DNA of 64,000 bases from Phyllobates terribilis (taxonomy: Eukaryota). The stretch lies in NCBI RefSeq assembly GCF_046119375.1, contig NW_027362765.1:16120001-16184000 (forward strand). Direction: 5' to 3'. A program made the translations under genes and the position numbers. The notes beneath the pieces are model-generated. The model did no database searches. It saw only the letters and a program-made list of their open reading frames with translations, and was not told the origin of the DNA. Positions within the stretch are counted from its first letter, which is position 1. Each line of letters starts with the position of its first letter. This document shows positions 38,349 through 49,288 of the stretch, piece after piece.

Positions 38349-38695
38349 GTGACAGTGCAGGCGCCGGTCGTGTAACTAAACCATCACTATGCCATAATAA
38401 ATAGCACTGCAGTATGCGGTGAGAGATTACAATTCCCAGCAAGTGACAGTGCAGGCACAGGTCGTGTTCCTAAACCATCACTGCGTCATAATTGGACTGC
38501 AGTATGTGGTGAGAGACTACAACTCCCAGCAAGTGACAGTGCAGGCACAGGTCGTGTTCCTAAACCATCACTGCGTCATAATTGGACTGCAGTATGTGGT
38601 GAGAGACTACAACTCCCAGCAAGTGACAGTGCAGGCACAGGTCCTGTAACTAAACCATCACTGCAGTATGTGGTGAGAGACTACAACTTCCAGAA
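38349..38695 (+). repeat. 90-bp tandem repeat (~4 copies), each with ACTACAAnTCCCAG
   Basis: Unit starts at 38349, 38443, 38533 and 38623. Confidence 0.85.
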
Positions 38696-38879
38696 AGTTT
38701 GTTGTTTCTTTTTATGTTACACGCTGCTGTTTACCACAGTGAATTACCAGACAGATCTGCACCAAAATCATACAATGCAAATTTGCCGTTGTGGATTTTC
38801 TTGCGGATTCTTGCTAATTTGCTCTGATTTTCTATGGAACTTCTCCACAAAAAATCTGCTACATTTGAGCAGATCCTTA

Positions 38880-40017
38880 GGCCTCATTCAGACATCTGTA
38901 GTTTTCTGGTACATTAAAAAAAACAAAACACACTGATTTTCATCAAAGGGATGGATCAGAATTTTATCAATGTTTGTTACAATATACAAAAAAAAAAAAA
39001 TGGATATGTGAACTGCCCCATAGAAGTTAAAGGGTGCGTATTCTGTCTGTCAACAATATGGATGTAAGGCCTCTTTCACACTTCCTGATATTTCCGGTAC
39101 TGGAAAACCAGTACAGGAGATATCCATGTCAACCTGTGTGGCATACGTGTGGCAACCATGTGCCGCATCAGAATCACCCATACCGGCGCCTGGGAATCAG
39201 AGGTACAGTTGGCATTGCTCCCAGGCGCCAGGTGCTAAAGGCATCTCTCATCATTGTCCCCTGCTTGGGCTGCGATCAGCACCAGCAGGGAACAATGTGG
39301 ACAGTTATATTGTGCCCCTGCTGTGTCCAGAAAGTGTAAAAATAAGAGTAAAATTAAAAAAAAAAAAATTATACTCACCTGTCCGACAATTCTGCATCAG
39401 TGTCTGCAGTGGGTTGAAGCGACCGCATACGATGAGGAGCAGAGGAGAATGACTGGCTGCAGCGAGCGGGCCCCTCACCCACGCTGAGCTCAATGAGTGA
39501 CAGGACACCGCTCAATGAGATCGCTGATGCAGAATTGGATTACAGCATGGGACAGTATATCGGACAGGTGAGTATAAGTGTTTTTTATTTTATTCTTATT
39601 TTTACACTTACAGGACACAACCGGAGCAGAATACAACTGTCAACATTATCCCCTGCTGGTGCTGATCACAGCATAAGCAGGGGACAATGATGACGGATGC
39701 CTTCAGCACCTTGCACTTGGGAACAGTGCTGATTTCAAGGTGCCGGTACATGTCACACTGATGACACACGGATATCATCCGTGTGTAAGTGCGGGACGTT
39801 TTGCAGCCTGTGCAACTGGAAAAAAATGGACGTCAGCATATTTTGCCCACGGATACAAGGTCCGTGGAAACACACTGACATGTGTCCATTCATTTTAATT
39901 GGTCTACGTGTGTAAGTGTCTCCAGTACGTGTGAAAACTGTCACCACACGTACTGGACATGGTGACCTGTCAAAGAGGCATAACGCATATGTAAAAAACA
40001 GATGTGTGAACTAGACC
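38880..40017. mobile_element. Harbinger-type MITE containing a second Harbinger-type MITE (39068-39980, TAA TSD)
   Basis: Outer termini ggcctcattcagacatctg / cagatgtgtgaactagacc. The inner element starts ggcctctttcacac, ends aaagaggc and has long internal inverted arms. Confidence 0.65.
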
Positions 40018-40446
40018 TTTACCCCATAGGATTATCTACCTATAGTGCACCTCTCACGCCATACATAGCATTTACAGAAAGGCTACTCATCAACACATAA
40101 GATCGCTCTGTGATCTATAAAGTAGTCCTCCTCCTCCCCATACATTGCACACACTACATATACATTTACAATAAAGTTGCTCCAATAAAATCGGTTTATA
40201 GAGGATAAAACTGCCCCACACTTACCACATATAACCAAGTCCCTATCCCCCATACATAGCATACAGCCAAGTTCCCCTCCTCCACAGAGGGCTGTGGAGT
40301 CGGAGTCCGTATAAAATGGACCGACTCCTAAAATATATAATAAATTGGGTACAGTAGTTCATTGCAGAATGTGCTGAATATTTTTTCATAGGAATTTGGG
40401 AAAGTTCTGAAATGTCCTATAAATGGCAGTTCTATTCCTGATCTAA

Positions 40447-40763
40447 GGCTACATTCACACACAGCGTTTTTGCTGCGTTTTTTGAGGATACGTTTTTCAG
40501 CTGCAAAAGCAGATCAGCTTTTTAAAAAAACGCATCACCTGAAAGGTTTTTGAGCTCATAGGTAATGTTTTCAATAGCAAAAACAGATTAGAAAAACGCC
40601 GCACAAACTGACATGCTCATTCTTTGTGAGGATCCTCACAAAACGATGTGTCTGAATGTCATATCTTGAAACCCATTGACTTTGCTGGGAAGCCCAAAGT
40701 CACTGCATTTTACTGCAAAAAAAGGATCTGCAAAAACGCTGTGTGTGAATCATGGCCGTAGCC
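40447..40763. mobile_element. Harbinger-type MITE inside the hAT
   Basis: taa|ggctacattcacacacagcgttttt ... aaaaacgctgtgtgtgaat; right boundary imprecise. Confidence 0.55.
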
Positions 40764-41334
40764 AGCGAGGGGCAGGGGGGGCAGCTGCCCCCCCCTAGAA
40801 GCAGGGGCACACACCTATCAAAACTCACTTGTATGCTGCAGTGCTCTCGTCCTGCACCGGCTCCAGACTGCAGGGGGCAATCTCTCTCCTCTGTCCTGTA
40901 GGGAGAGGGAGAGGTGCCTGCCCTGCAGAGGATCCGATTCCTGGGCCCGGAGCTGGAGAAAGTGAAAGTACTACTTCTCATCTCTGTCACAGGTAGGTAA
41001 CTAATACTAATATTGTAGGTGATTATTATGTGCTCTCTGTACGTGTGAACTATATGTGCGATATGTGCAATGTACTATTTGCTGTCTGTAGCTGTCATCT
41101 GTCTATCACACTCTATCCCTCCATGTATTCATCTATCTATCTATCCCTCCATCTATCCTTTCATCTATCCCTCCATCTATGCATCCACATGGCTATCTAT
41201 CATATATCTATCCATACATTTATCCATCCATCCCTGTATCTATCTATCTATCTATCTATCCATCCATCTCTCCATCCCTCTATCTATCTATCCATCCATT
41301 TATCCATATCTGTCTATCCATATCTTATCTGTAC

Positions 41335-41794
41335 CAAAAAGAATGAAGCTCTGACTGAGGTAGCAGTTAGGATGAGTGGCCTACAGGAGGACTGCCAGGC
41401 GCAAGAGGACTTGGGTCCTGACAGTGCTACTGTTGCCATATCTTCATCCTCATCAGATTAGGAGTTTAAATTTGACAAGTATTTGGATGACATGGAGCAG
41501 GCAAAGCGTTGCCGCAAGGAAAAAGATTTCACTCCATCTCCTATAGCAAGCAGATTGATCATATTTCAGCAAAATGTTTCACTTGCTCTCAAAGAAATAG
41601 AAAAATTCAACCGTTCATCAAAACAGACTGTGCATGAGGCAATTCCTTTATACCCCGAAATTCTTAGAGATGTTGCCCATGTGGTTAGTGTAGAGCGGTT
41701 GTTCTCTAGCCTTAAAATTATTAGGTCAGATTTGAGGTCATCTATGAAGGAGGATCTGATGGAGGCAATTCTATGTCTTAGAACAAATTCATAG
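41335..41794 (+). pseudogene. hAT transposase C-terminal dimerisation-domain remnant
   Basis: VSVERLFSSLKIIRSDLRSSMKEDLMEAILCLR (SxERxFS motif). Confidence 0.75.
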
Positions 41795-41858
41795 ACTGCA
41801 CAAATGTTATTTAGTATGTTTTTGTTGAAAACTGTTATTTGCCACTTACATAGTTTAT

Positions 41859-41918
<60 letters not shown>

Positions 41919-41920
41919 TA

Positions 41921-43406
41921 CAGTACAACTGAAAATATATGTCTTATATTCTAGGTTCTTCAAAGTAGCCACCTTTTGCTTTGATGACTGCTTTGCACAC
42001 TCTTGGCATTCTCTTGATGAGCTTCAAGAGGTAGTCACCGGAAATGGTCTTCCAACAAACTTGAAGGAGTTCCCAGAGATTCTTAGCACTTGTTGGCCCT
42101 TTTGCCTTCACTCTGCGGTCCAGCTCACCCCAAACCATCTCGATTGGGTTCAGGTCTGGTGACTGTGGAGGCCAGGTCATCTGGCGTAGCACCCCATCAC
42201 TCTCCTTCTTGGTCAAATAGCCCTTACACAGCCTGGAGGTGTGTTTGGGGTCATTTTCCTGTTGAAAAATAAATGATGGTCCAACTAAACGCAAACCGGA
42301 TGGAATAGCATGCTGCTGCAAGATGCTGTGGTAGCCATTCTGGTTCAGTATGCCTTCAATTTTGAATAAATCCCCAACAGTGTCACCAGCAAAGCACCCC
42401 CACACCATCACACCTCCTCCTCCATGCTTCACGGTGGGAACGAGGCATGTAGAGTCCATCCGTTCACCTTTTCTGCGTCGCACAAAGACACAGTGGTTGG
42501 ATCCAAAGATCTCAAATTTGGACTCATCAGACCAAAGCACAGATTTCCACCGGTCTAATGTCCATTCCTTGTGTTCTTTAGCCCAAACAAGTCTCTTCTG
42601 CTTGTTGCCTGTCCTTAGCAGTGGTTTCCTAGCAGCTATTTTACCATGAAGGCCTGCTGCACAAAGTCTCCTCTTAACAGTTGTTGAAGAGATGTGTCTG
42701 CTGCTAGAACTGTGTGTGGCATTGACCTGGTCTCTAATCTGAGCTGCTGTTAACCTGCGATTTCTGAGGCTGGTGACTCGGATAAACGTATCCTCAGAAG
42801 CAGAGGTGACTCTTGGTTTTCCTATCCTGGGGCGGTCCTCATGTGAGCCAGTTTCTTTGTAGCGCTTGATGGTTTTTGCAACTGCACTTGGGGACACTTT
42901 CAAAGTTTTCCCAATTTTTCGCACTGACTGACCTTCATTTCTTAAAGTAATGATGGCCACTCGTTTTTCTTTACTTAGCTGCTTTTTTCTTGCCATAATA
43001 CTAATTCTAACAGTCTATTCAGTAGGACTATCAGCTGTGTATCCACCAGACTTCTGCACAACACAACTGATGGTACCAACCCCATTTATAAGGCAAGAAA
43101 TCCCACTTATTAAACCTGACAGGGCACACCTGTGAAGTGAAAACCATTTCCGGTGACTACCTCTTGAAGCTCATCAAGAGAATGCCAAGAGTGTGCAAAG
43201 CAGTCATCAAAGCAAAAGGTGGCTACTTTGAAGAACCTAGAATATAAGACATATTTTCAGTTGTTTCACACTATTTTGTTAAGTATATAATTCCACGTGT
43301 TAATTCATAGTTTTGAGGTCTTCAGTTTGAATGTACAATTTTCATAGTCATGAAAATACAGAAAAATCTTTAAATGAGAAGGTGTGTCCAATCTTTTGGA
43401 CTGTAC

Positions 43407-43408
<2 letters not shown>
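41921..43408 (-). mobile_element. Tc1 DD38E element, copy 3; one TIR has a ~135-bp deletion
   Basis: cagtac joined directly to aactgaaaat through an AC microhomology; the other TIR is intact; (TA)n on both sides. Confidence 0.9.
41944..42996 (-). CDS. Full-length 350-aa DD38E transposase ORF with the second catalytic Asp changed to Glu
   Basis: MARKKQLSKE...EEPRI*; QQENDPKH here versus QQDNDPKH in copies 1 and 2. Confidence 0.7.
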   Translation of the reverse strand: MARKKQLSKEKRVAIITLRNEGQSVRKIGKTLKVSPSAVAKTIKRYKETGSHEDRPRIGKPRVTSASEDTFIRVTSLRNRRLTAAQIRDQVNATHSSSSRHISSTTVKRRLCAAGLHGKIAARKPLLRTGNKQKRLVWAKEHKEWTLDRWKSVLWSDESKFEIFGSNHCVFVRRRKGERMDSTCLVPTVKHGGGGVMVWGCFAGDTVGDLFKIEGILNQNGYHSILQQHAIPSGLRLVGPSFIFQQENDPKHTSRLCKGYLTKKESDGVLRQMTWPPQSPDLNPIEMVWGELDRRVKAKGPTSAKNLWELLQVCWKTISGDYLLKLIKRMPRVCKAVIKAKGGYFEEPRI

Positions 43409-43497
<89 letters not shown>

Positions 43498-44149
43498 GAT
43501 ATTACATAGTGTATTAAATATGTACAATTTATTACAGTTTTTTGGTGTTCTAAAGTTGTATTCCAATAAATATATATTATGTTCTATCTAAATATCTTGA
43601 TTATTGTATCATAAAAATGATTAAATGTCTGATGTTCACATTGTACTACAATAAATTTTTCACTTAAAAATAAGCAATATATGTGGGAGTCGGAGTCGGA
43701 GTCATTGTAAGGGAAATTGAGGAGTCGGAGTCGCAGGTTCGGCTTACCGACTCCACAGCCCTGCCTCCACATATAGCATAGATAGCCAAGTCCCCATCCC
43801 CCATACATAGTATATACAGCAAAGTTCCCCTCCTCCATGTAAAGCATAGATTGCCAAGTCCCCATCACCCATATCCAGCTAAGTTCTCCTCCTCCATGTA
43901 TAGCATACAGTATATAGACAAGTCCTCCTCCCCCACATATAGCATATATTGCCAAGTTCCCCTCCCTCACACATAGCATTCAGTATATACACAAGTCCCC
44001 CTCCCTTACATGTAGAATATATAGCTAAGTTCTTCTCCCCCACATATAGCTAAGTAATCATCCCACACACATAGCATACAGTATATAGACAAGTCCCGCT
44101 TTCCCCACATATAGCATTATATAGACATATAGCAGTATATAGACATATA

Positions 44150-45272
44150 TCATATTTTTCGGACTATAAGACGCACCGGACCATAAGACGCACCTAGGTT
44201 TTAGAGGAGGAAAATATAAAAAAATGTAAGCAAAAAATGTGGTCACGATGCACTGTTAAAGGGGAGCGGGTCTACTGCGGACACTGGTATAGGGGTAATG
44301 TCCCCCAATTCTGATAATATCCCCCATCCTGGTAGATATGCACCCCCTTCCTATTATACGTGGCCCCCATACCCATCCTGGTATGCATGGCACCCCTCCA
44401 TCCTGGTATGCATGGCACCACTCATCCCTATCCTGGTATGCATGTCACAGCAATCCCCATCCTGGTATGCATGGCACCCCTCATCCTTACCCTGGAATGC
44501 ATGGCACCCCTCATCCCTATCCTGGTATGCATGGCACCCCTCATCCCTATCCTGGTATGCATGGCACCCCTATCCTGGTATGCATGGCACCCCTCATCCC
44601 TATCCTGGTATGCATGGCACCCCTCATCCCTATCCTGGTATGCATGGCACCCCTCATCCCTATCCTGGTATGCATGGCACCCCTCATCCCTATCCTGGTA
44701 TGTATGGCACCCCTTATCCCTATCCTGGTATGTATGGCCCCCTCGACCTTATCCTGGTATGTATGGCCCCCTCGACCTTATCCTGGTATGTATGGCCCCC
44801 TCGACCTTATCCTGGTATGTATGGCCCCCTCATCCTTATCCTGGTATGCATGTCTCCCTCATCCTTATCCTGGTATGTATGTCCCCCTCATCCTTATCCT
44901 GGTATGTATGTCCCCCTCATCCTTATCCTGGTATGTATGTCCCCCTCATCCTTATCCTGGTATGCATGTCCCCCTCAACCTTATCCTGGTATGTTTGGCC
45001 CCCCTCTTCCTTATCCTGGTATGTATGGCCTCCTCATCCTCATCCTAGTATGCATGGTCCCCCTAATCCCCATCACGCTGCAGATAAAAAAATAAACACT
45101 CCTACTCTCTCTCCTCCAGCGCTACATCCTGTCTGCCCACACTGATCCACTGATCTCATGTGAGCCGCGCATGGCATCACTGCCATGCGCTGCTCACAAG
45201 GAGAGATCAGCTGCTGGAAATAACTGCTCCCCACGCCGGGACTGTGAGCGCCTTATAGTCAAAAAAATACAA
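44150..45272. mobile_element. pogo/Tc-like MITE with an internal 30-bp minisatellite (cctggtatgcatggcacccctcatccctat, ~44330-45060)
   Basis: TA flanks; termini tcatatttttcggactataagacgc / gcgccttatagtcaaaaaaatacaa. Confidence 0.7.
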
Positions 45273-45536
45273 TAGACATTATAAAGACATATAGCCGTAT
45301 ATAGACATATAAGAGTATATATAGACATATATAGACAAGTCCCCCTCCCCCACACATTGCATACAGTATATAGGCAAGTCCCGCTTCCCCCACATATAGC
45401 ATATATAGCAAAGTAATCCACCCCACACATAGTTTACAGTATATAGACAAGTCCCTCTCACATAGTATATATAGCCAAGACCCCCACATTTAGCATACAG
45501 TATATAGCCAAGTGTCCCTCCACCAAAATTGATATA

Positions 45537-47104
45537 CACTGCTCAAAAAAATAAAGGGAACACTTAAACAACACAATGTAACTCCAAGTCAATAACACTT
45601 CTGTGAAATCTACCTGTCCAGTTATGAAGCAACACTGATTTGTGAATCAATTTCTCCTGCTGTTGTGCAAATGGAACAGACAATAGGCAGAAATGATAGG
45701 CAATTAGCAAGATGCCCCCTATAAAGGAGTGGTTTGCAGGTGGTGATCACAGACCATTTCTCTGTTCTCATCCTATTTGGCTGTTGTTTTGGTCACTTTT
45801 TCATTTTGCCATTGCTCTCACCCCTAGAGGTACAGTAGCATGAGGCAGTGTCTACAGTACAACCTACAGAAGTTGCTCAGGTAGTGCAGTTCATCCAGTA
45901 TGGCACGTCAGTGCGAGCTGTGGCAAAAAGGGTAGCTGTGTCTGTCAGCACAATGTCCAGAGCATGGACCAGATACCAGGAGATGTGGAGGGAGCCATAG
46001 GAGGGCAACAACCCAGCAGGAGGACTGCTACCTCAGCCTTTGTGCAAGGAGGAACAGGAGGAGCACTGCCAGAGCCCTGCAAAATGACCTCCAGCAGGCC
46101 ACAAATGTGCATTTGTCTGCACAAACGGTTAGAAACCGACTCCATGAGGGTGGTATGAGGGCCCGACGTCCACAGATTGGGGTTGTGCTCCCAGCCCAAC
46201 ACCGTGCAGGACGCTTGGCATTTGCCACAGAACACGAGGATTGGCAAAGTCGCCACTGGCGCCCAGTGCTCTTCACAGATGAAAGCAGGTTCACACTGAG
46301 CACATGTGACAGACGTGACAGTCTGGGGACGCCGGGGAGAGCGATCTGCTGACTGCAACATCCTACAGCATGACTGGTTTGGCAGTGGGTCAGTAATGGT
46401 GTTGGGTGGCATTTCTTTGGAGGGCCGCACAGCCCTCCATGTGCTCGCCAGAGGTAGCCTGACTGCCATTAGGTACCAAGATGAGATCCTCAGACCCCTT
46501 GTGAGACCATATGCTGGTGCGGCTGGCCCTGGGTTCCTCCTAATGCAGGACGATGCCAGACCTCGTGGCTGTAGTGTGTCAGCAGTTCCTGCAAGATGAA
46601 CACATTGAAGCTATGGACTGGCCCACCCGTTCCCCAGACCTGAATCCGATTGAGCACATCTGGGACATCATGTCTCGCTCCATTCACCAACGTCACGTTG
46701 CACCACAGACTGTCCAGGAGTTGGCGGATGCTTTAGTCCAGGTCTGGGAGGAGATCCCACAGGAGACCATCCGCAACCTCATCAGGAGCATGCCCAGGTG
46801 TTGTAGAGAGGTCATACAGGCACGTGGAGGTCACACACAATACTGAGCCTCATTTTGACTTGTTTTAAGGAGATTACATCAAAGTTGGATCAGCCTGTAG
46901 TGTGTTTTTCCACTTTAATTTTGGGGGTGACTCCAAATCCAGGCTTCCAATGGTTAATAGATTTGATTTCCATTGATGATTTTTGTGCGATTTTGTTGTC
47001 AGCACATTCAACTTTGTACAGAACAAAGTATTCAATGGGAATATTTCATTCATTCAGATCTAGGATGTGTTATTTGAGTGTTCCCTTTATTTTTTTGAGC
47101 AGTG
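45537..47104 (+). mobile_element. Tc1 (DD34E-type) element, full length, frameshifted transposase (~45840-46846)
   Basis: TIR cactgctcaaaaaaataaagggaacact and its inverse with TA flanks; LFTDESRF and SPDLNPIEHIWD motifs. Confidence 0.9.
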
Positions 47105-48134
47105 TATATAGATCTACTATTCTACTACACATATAATTACAGTATTAAATGTTAACTGCTTCCACTCACAGTCTTCTGCACTCACAGGAGTCTTCTTGCT
47201 GATTATTGCATTAGCAGCAGATGGGGGAGAAGATCCGGCAGCTGCTGCATGCTGGGTAAAGAGGCAGGACTGATCGCAGCACAGCCTCACCAAGCTCCTA
47301 CTCTAAGGTGCGAGAGAGGAGTGGGGGGACAGACTGGTGTGGTAACCTTAACCCAACCACAAGATCTCATTGTGCCGAGTGGGGGAGGGGCACTTGAAGC
47401 TGGTCAGACTGACACCTCTGCAGGAGAGGTGTCAATTAGCAGGCTCATTAGCTAAGCACTGTTCAGTTAAACCCCATCCATGGCTCCACACTCCCTCCTT
47501 CTCCTGCTGTGCTGGCTATAGGTGTTTGAGTCAGACTGACACCTGTGCAGGAGAGATGTTGCTGTCTGTGGCACCTCTTCTGTACACGTGTCAGTCTGAC
47601 TCTGACACCTAGGTGCGAGCACAGCAGGGGAAGGAGGGAGTGTGCAGCTATGGATGGGGATTAGCTGAGCAGTGCATTGATGTGCTAGTGTAGGAGGGGG
47701 AGGAGCCTTCCATCTCTAGTTAGTGCTGGCCCTGCAGCGGGGCCCACCAGGGGGTTCCCCGATTTCCCAGAAGGCCAGTCCAAGCCTGTGTCCACTCCAT
47801 GCATAGTTAACTGCGCCTGCGCATTTTACTTTCACCGTTTGCCCCCAATCACATCAGTTCAGACTGCCTACCAATCCTGTTCCACTGCAATGTCTATACT
47901 GAAGTGTCCAATTGGTGGATGCATAACAACATCACTACTGCATCAGGGTGTTTGCGTCAGTGCAAGCACTGCGCATGCGCCCTAGTGAATATATCAATCC
48001 AATTATAAATGAGAAAAATGTATCTGCACGTCACAAGGTTTCTCAATAAATGCATCGGACTATCCATTGTGTATGTCAGGAGACATAGTGCAGAAATCAA
48101 ACCATGATAGTTTAATCGAATAATAAACAATGTC

Positions 48135-48176
<42 letters not shown>

Positions 48177-48270
48177 AAGAGGCAGAAACTGTAATATCAA
48201 AGATCTCATAATTAATTATGAATTCCCTAGATGTTCTTAAAAAAGTTTATATATATATATATTTATTTAT

Positions 48271-48960
48271 TGTAAGGTAGCTAATGGACACATAGTGGAT
48301 GGGAGGTATGTATCACAGAGATGGCTGTCCTCTGTGATGTAATCCAGGAATGTTGCTCTAGTACAGTCTTCCCCAACTCCAGTCCTCAAGGCCCACCAAC
48401 AGGTTATGTTTTCAGGATTTTCTTACTATTACACAGGTGGTGGAATTATTGCCTGTGTAGGTGATGCAGTTATCACCAGAGCAATACTAAGGAAATCCTG
48501 AAAAGATGGAAAGTTGGTGGGCCTTGAGGACTGGAGTTGGGGAACCCTGCTCTAGTGCACGTAAGCACTAAGAGGACTGTTTGGTGCACCTGGGACCGGG
48601 CTACGGGTAGTTGGAGAGAAGGGCGGGTCTGGCTACCCGCATACCTCTCCTCTGGATGTGGTTTAGAGGTTATAATGGAGTCCGTTGTTTGGCACATGGT
48701 CTGTGTTTGGAGGGAGAAGGCCTCCTGTGTGTTGTTGTCTCCAGAATGAGCCAGTGAACTGGATGCTATCCAGCCTGTGTGCCCACGGGACAGGCTAACC
48801 AGAGGCTTTGCCTAAAGGACTGTTTACTTTGTTTGCCTGCACTAAAGGCTGTTTGTTTTTTCTTTTGGCCGATTTATGAAGCAATAAACTGACATGGACA
48901 TTTAAATGAAAACTATTCCTGTGTGCCTCCTGACGCACCCAAGCGAGTAGAAACCCCACA
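48271..48960 (+). mobile_element. Solo LTR, same family as 25942-26443
   Basis: TG...CA termini; colinear homology once the MITE is removed; TSD imperfect (ttat / atat). Confidence 0.75.
48364..48549. mobile_element. hAT MITE inside the solo LTR
   Basis: Long inverted arms and TSD ctctagta / ctctagtg; the empty site is visible in the other LTR (~26026). Confidence 0.82.
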
Positions 48961-49288
48961 ATATTATATATGGGTGCATCATTTTCATTTAAATGTCCAT
49001 GTTGGTTTATTGCTTTATAACCCAGCCAAAATTAGATAAAAAAAAAGTCTCCATTACCTCTTCCAAATGCCCGAGATCTAAATTTAAGGCACCTAAATTG
49101 CCAAGAGCCACCAAGCTCCAAAGCCACAGAGATCCAAAGCCTTATAAAGCCAAACCCTCCATTTTTCACTATCATTATAGCTCTGGCCCCCTGAGGAAGC
49201 CTGTATAGGTGAAGTTAGTCGGGGGGAGCTATGTGTGCATTTTTTTAGGTTCTTAAGTGTTACTTGTAGGAAGGAGAAATGACATGTT

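Larger units (their letters stand above)
40287..43763 (+). mobile_element. hAT element with C-terminal transposase remnant
   Basis: TIR (c)agggctgtggagtcgg / ccgactccacagccctg, perfect 8-bp TSD cctccaca and ggagtc subterminal repeats. Confidence 0.88.
37656..47788. mobile_element. Probable 10.1-kb composite non-autonomous hAT element
   Basis: TIR cagggtcggactgg / ccagtccaagcctg (12/14) and 8-bp TSD tgtccaat / tgtccact (7/8). An internal ~40-bp minisatellite is broken into three pieces by later insertions. Confidence 0.6.

Noticed and set aside
41090-41330. ORFs 41030-41461 and 41070-41354
   Set aside because: Degenerate (TATC/CATC)n microsatellite.
44298-45145. YPGMHGTPHP-repeat ORFs resembling a structural protein
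   Set aside because: A 30-bp minisatellite inside a MITE, open in all three plus frames.
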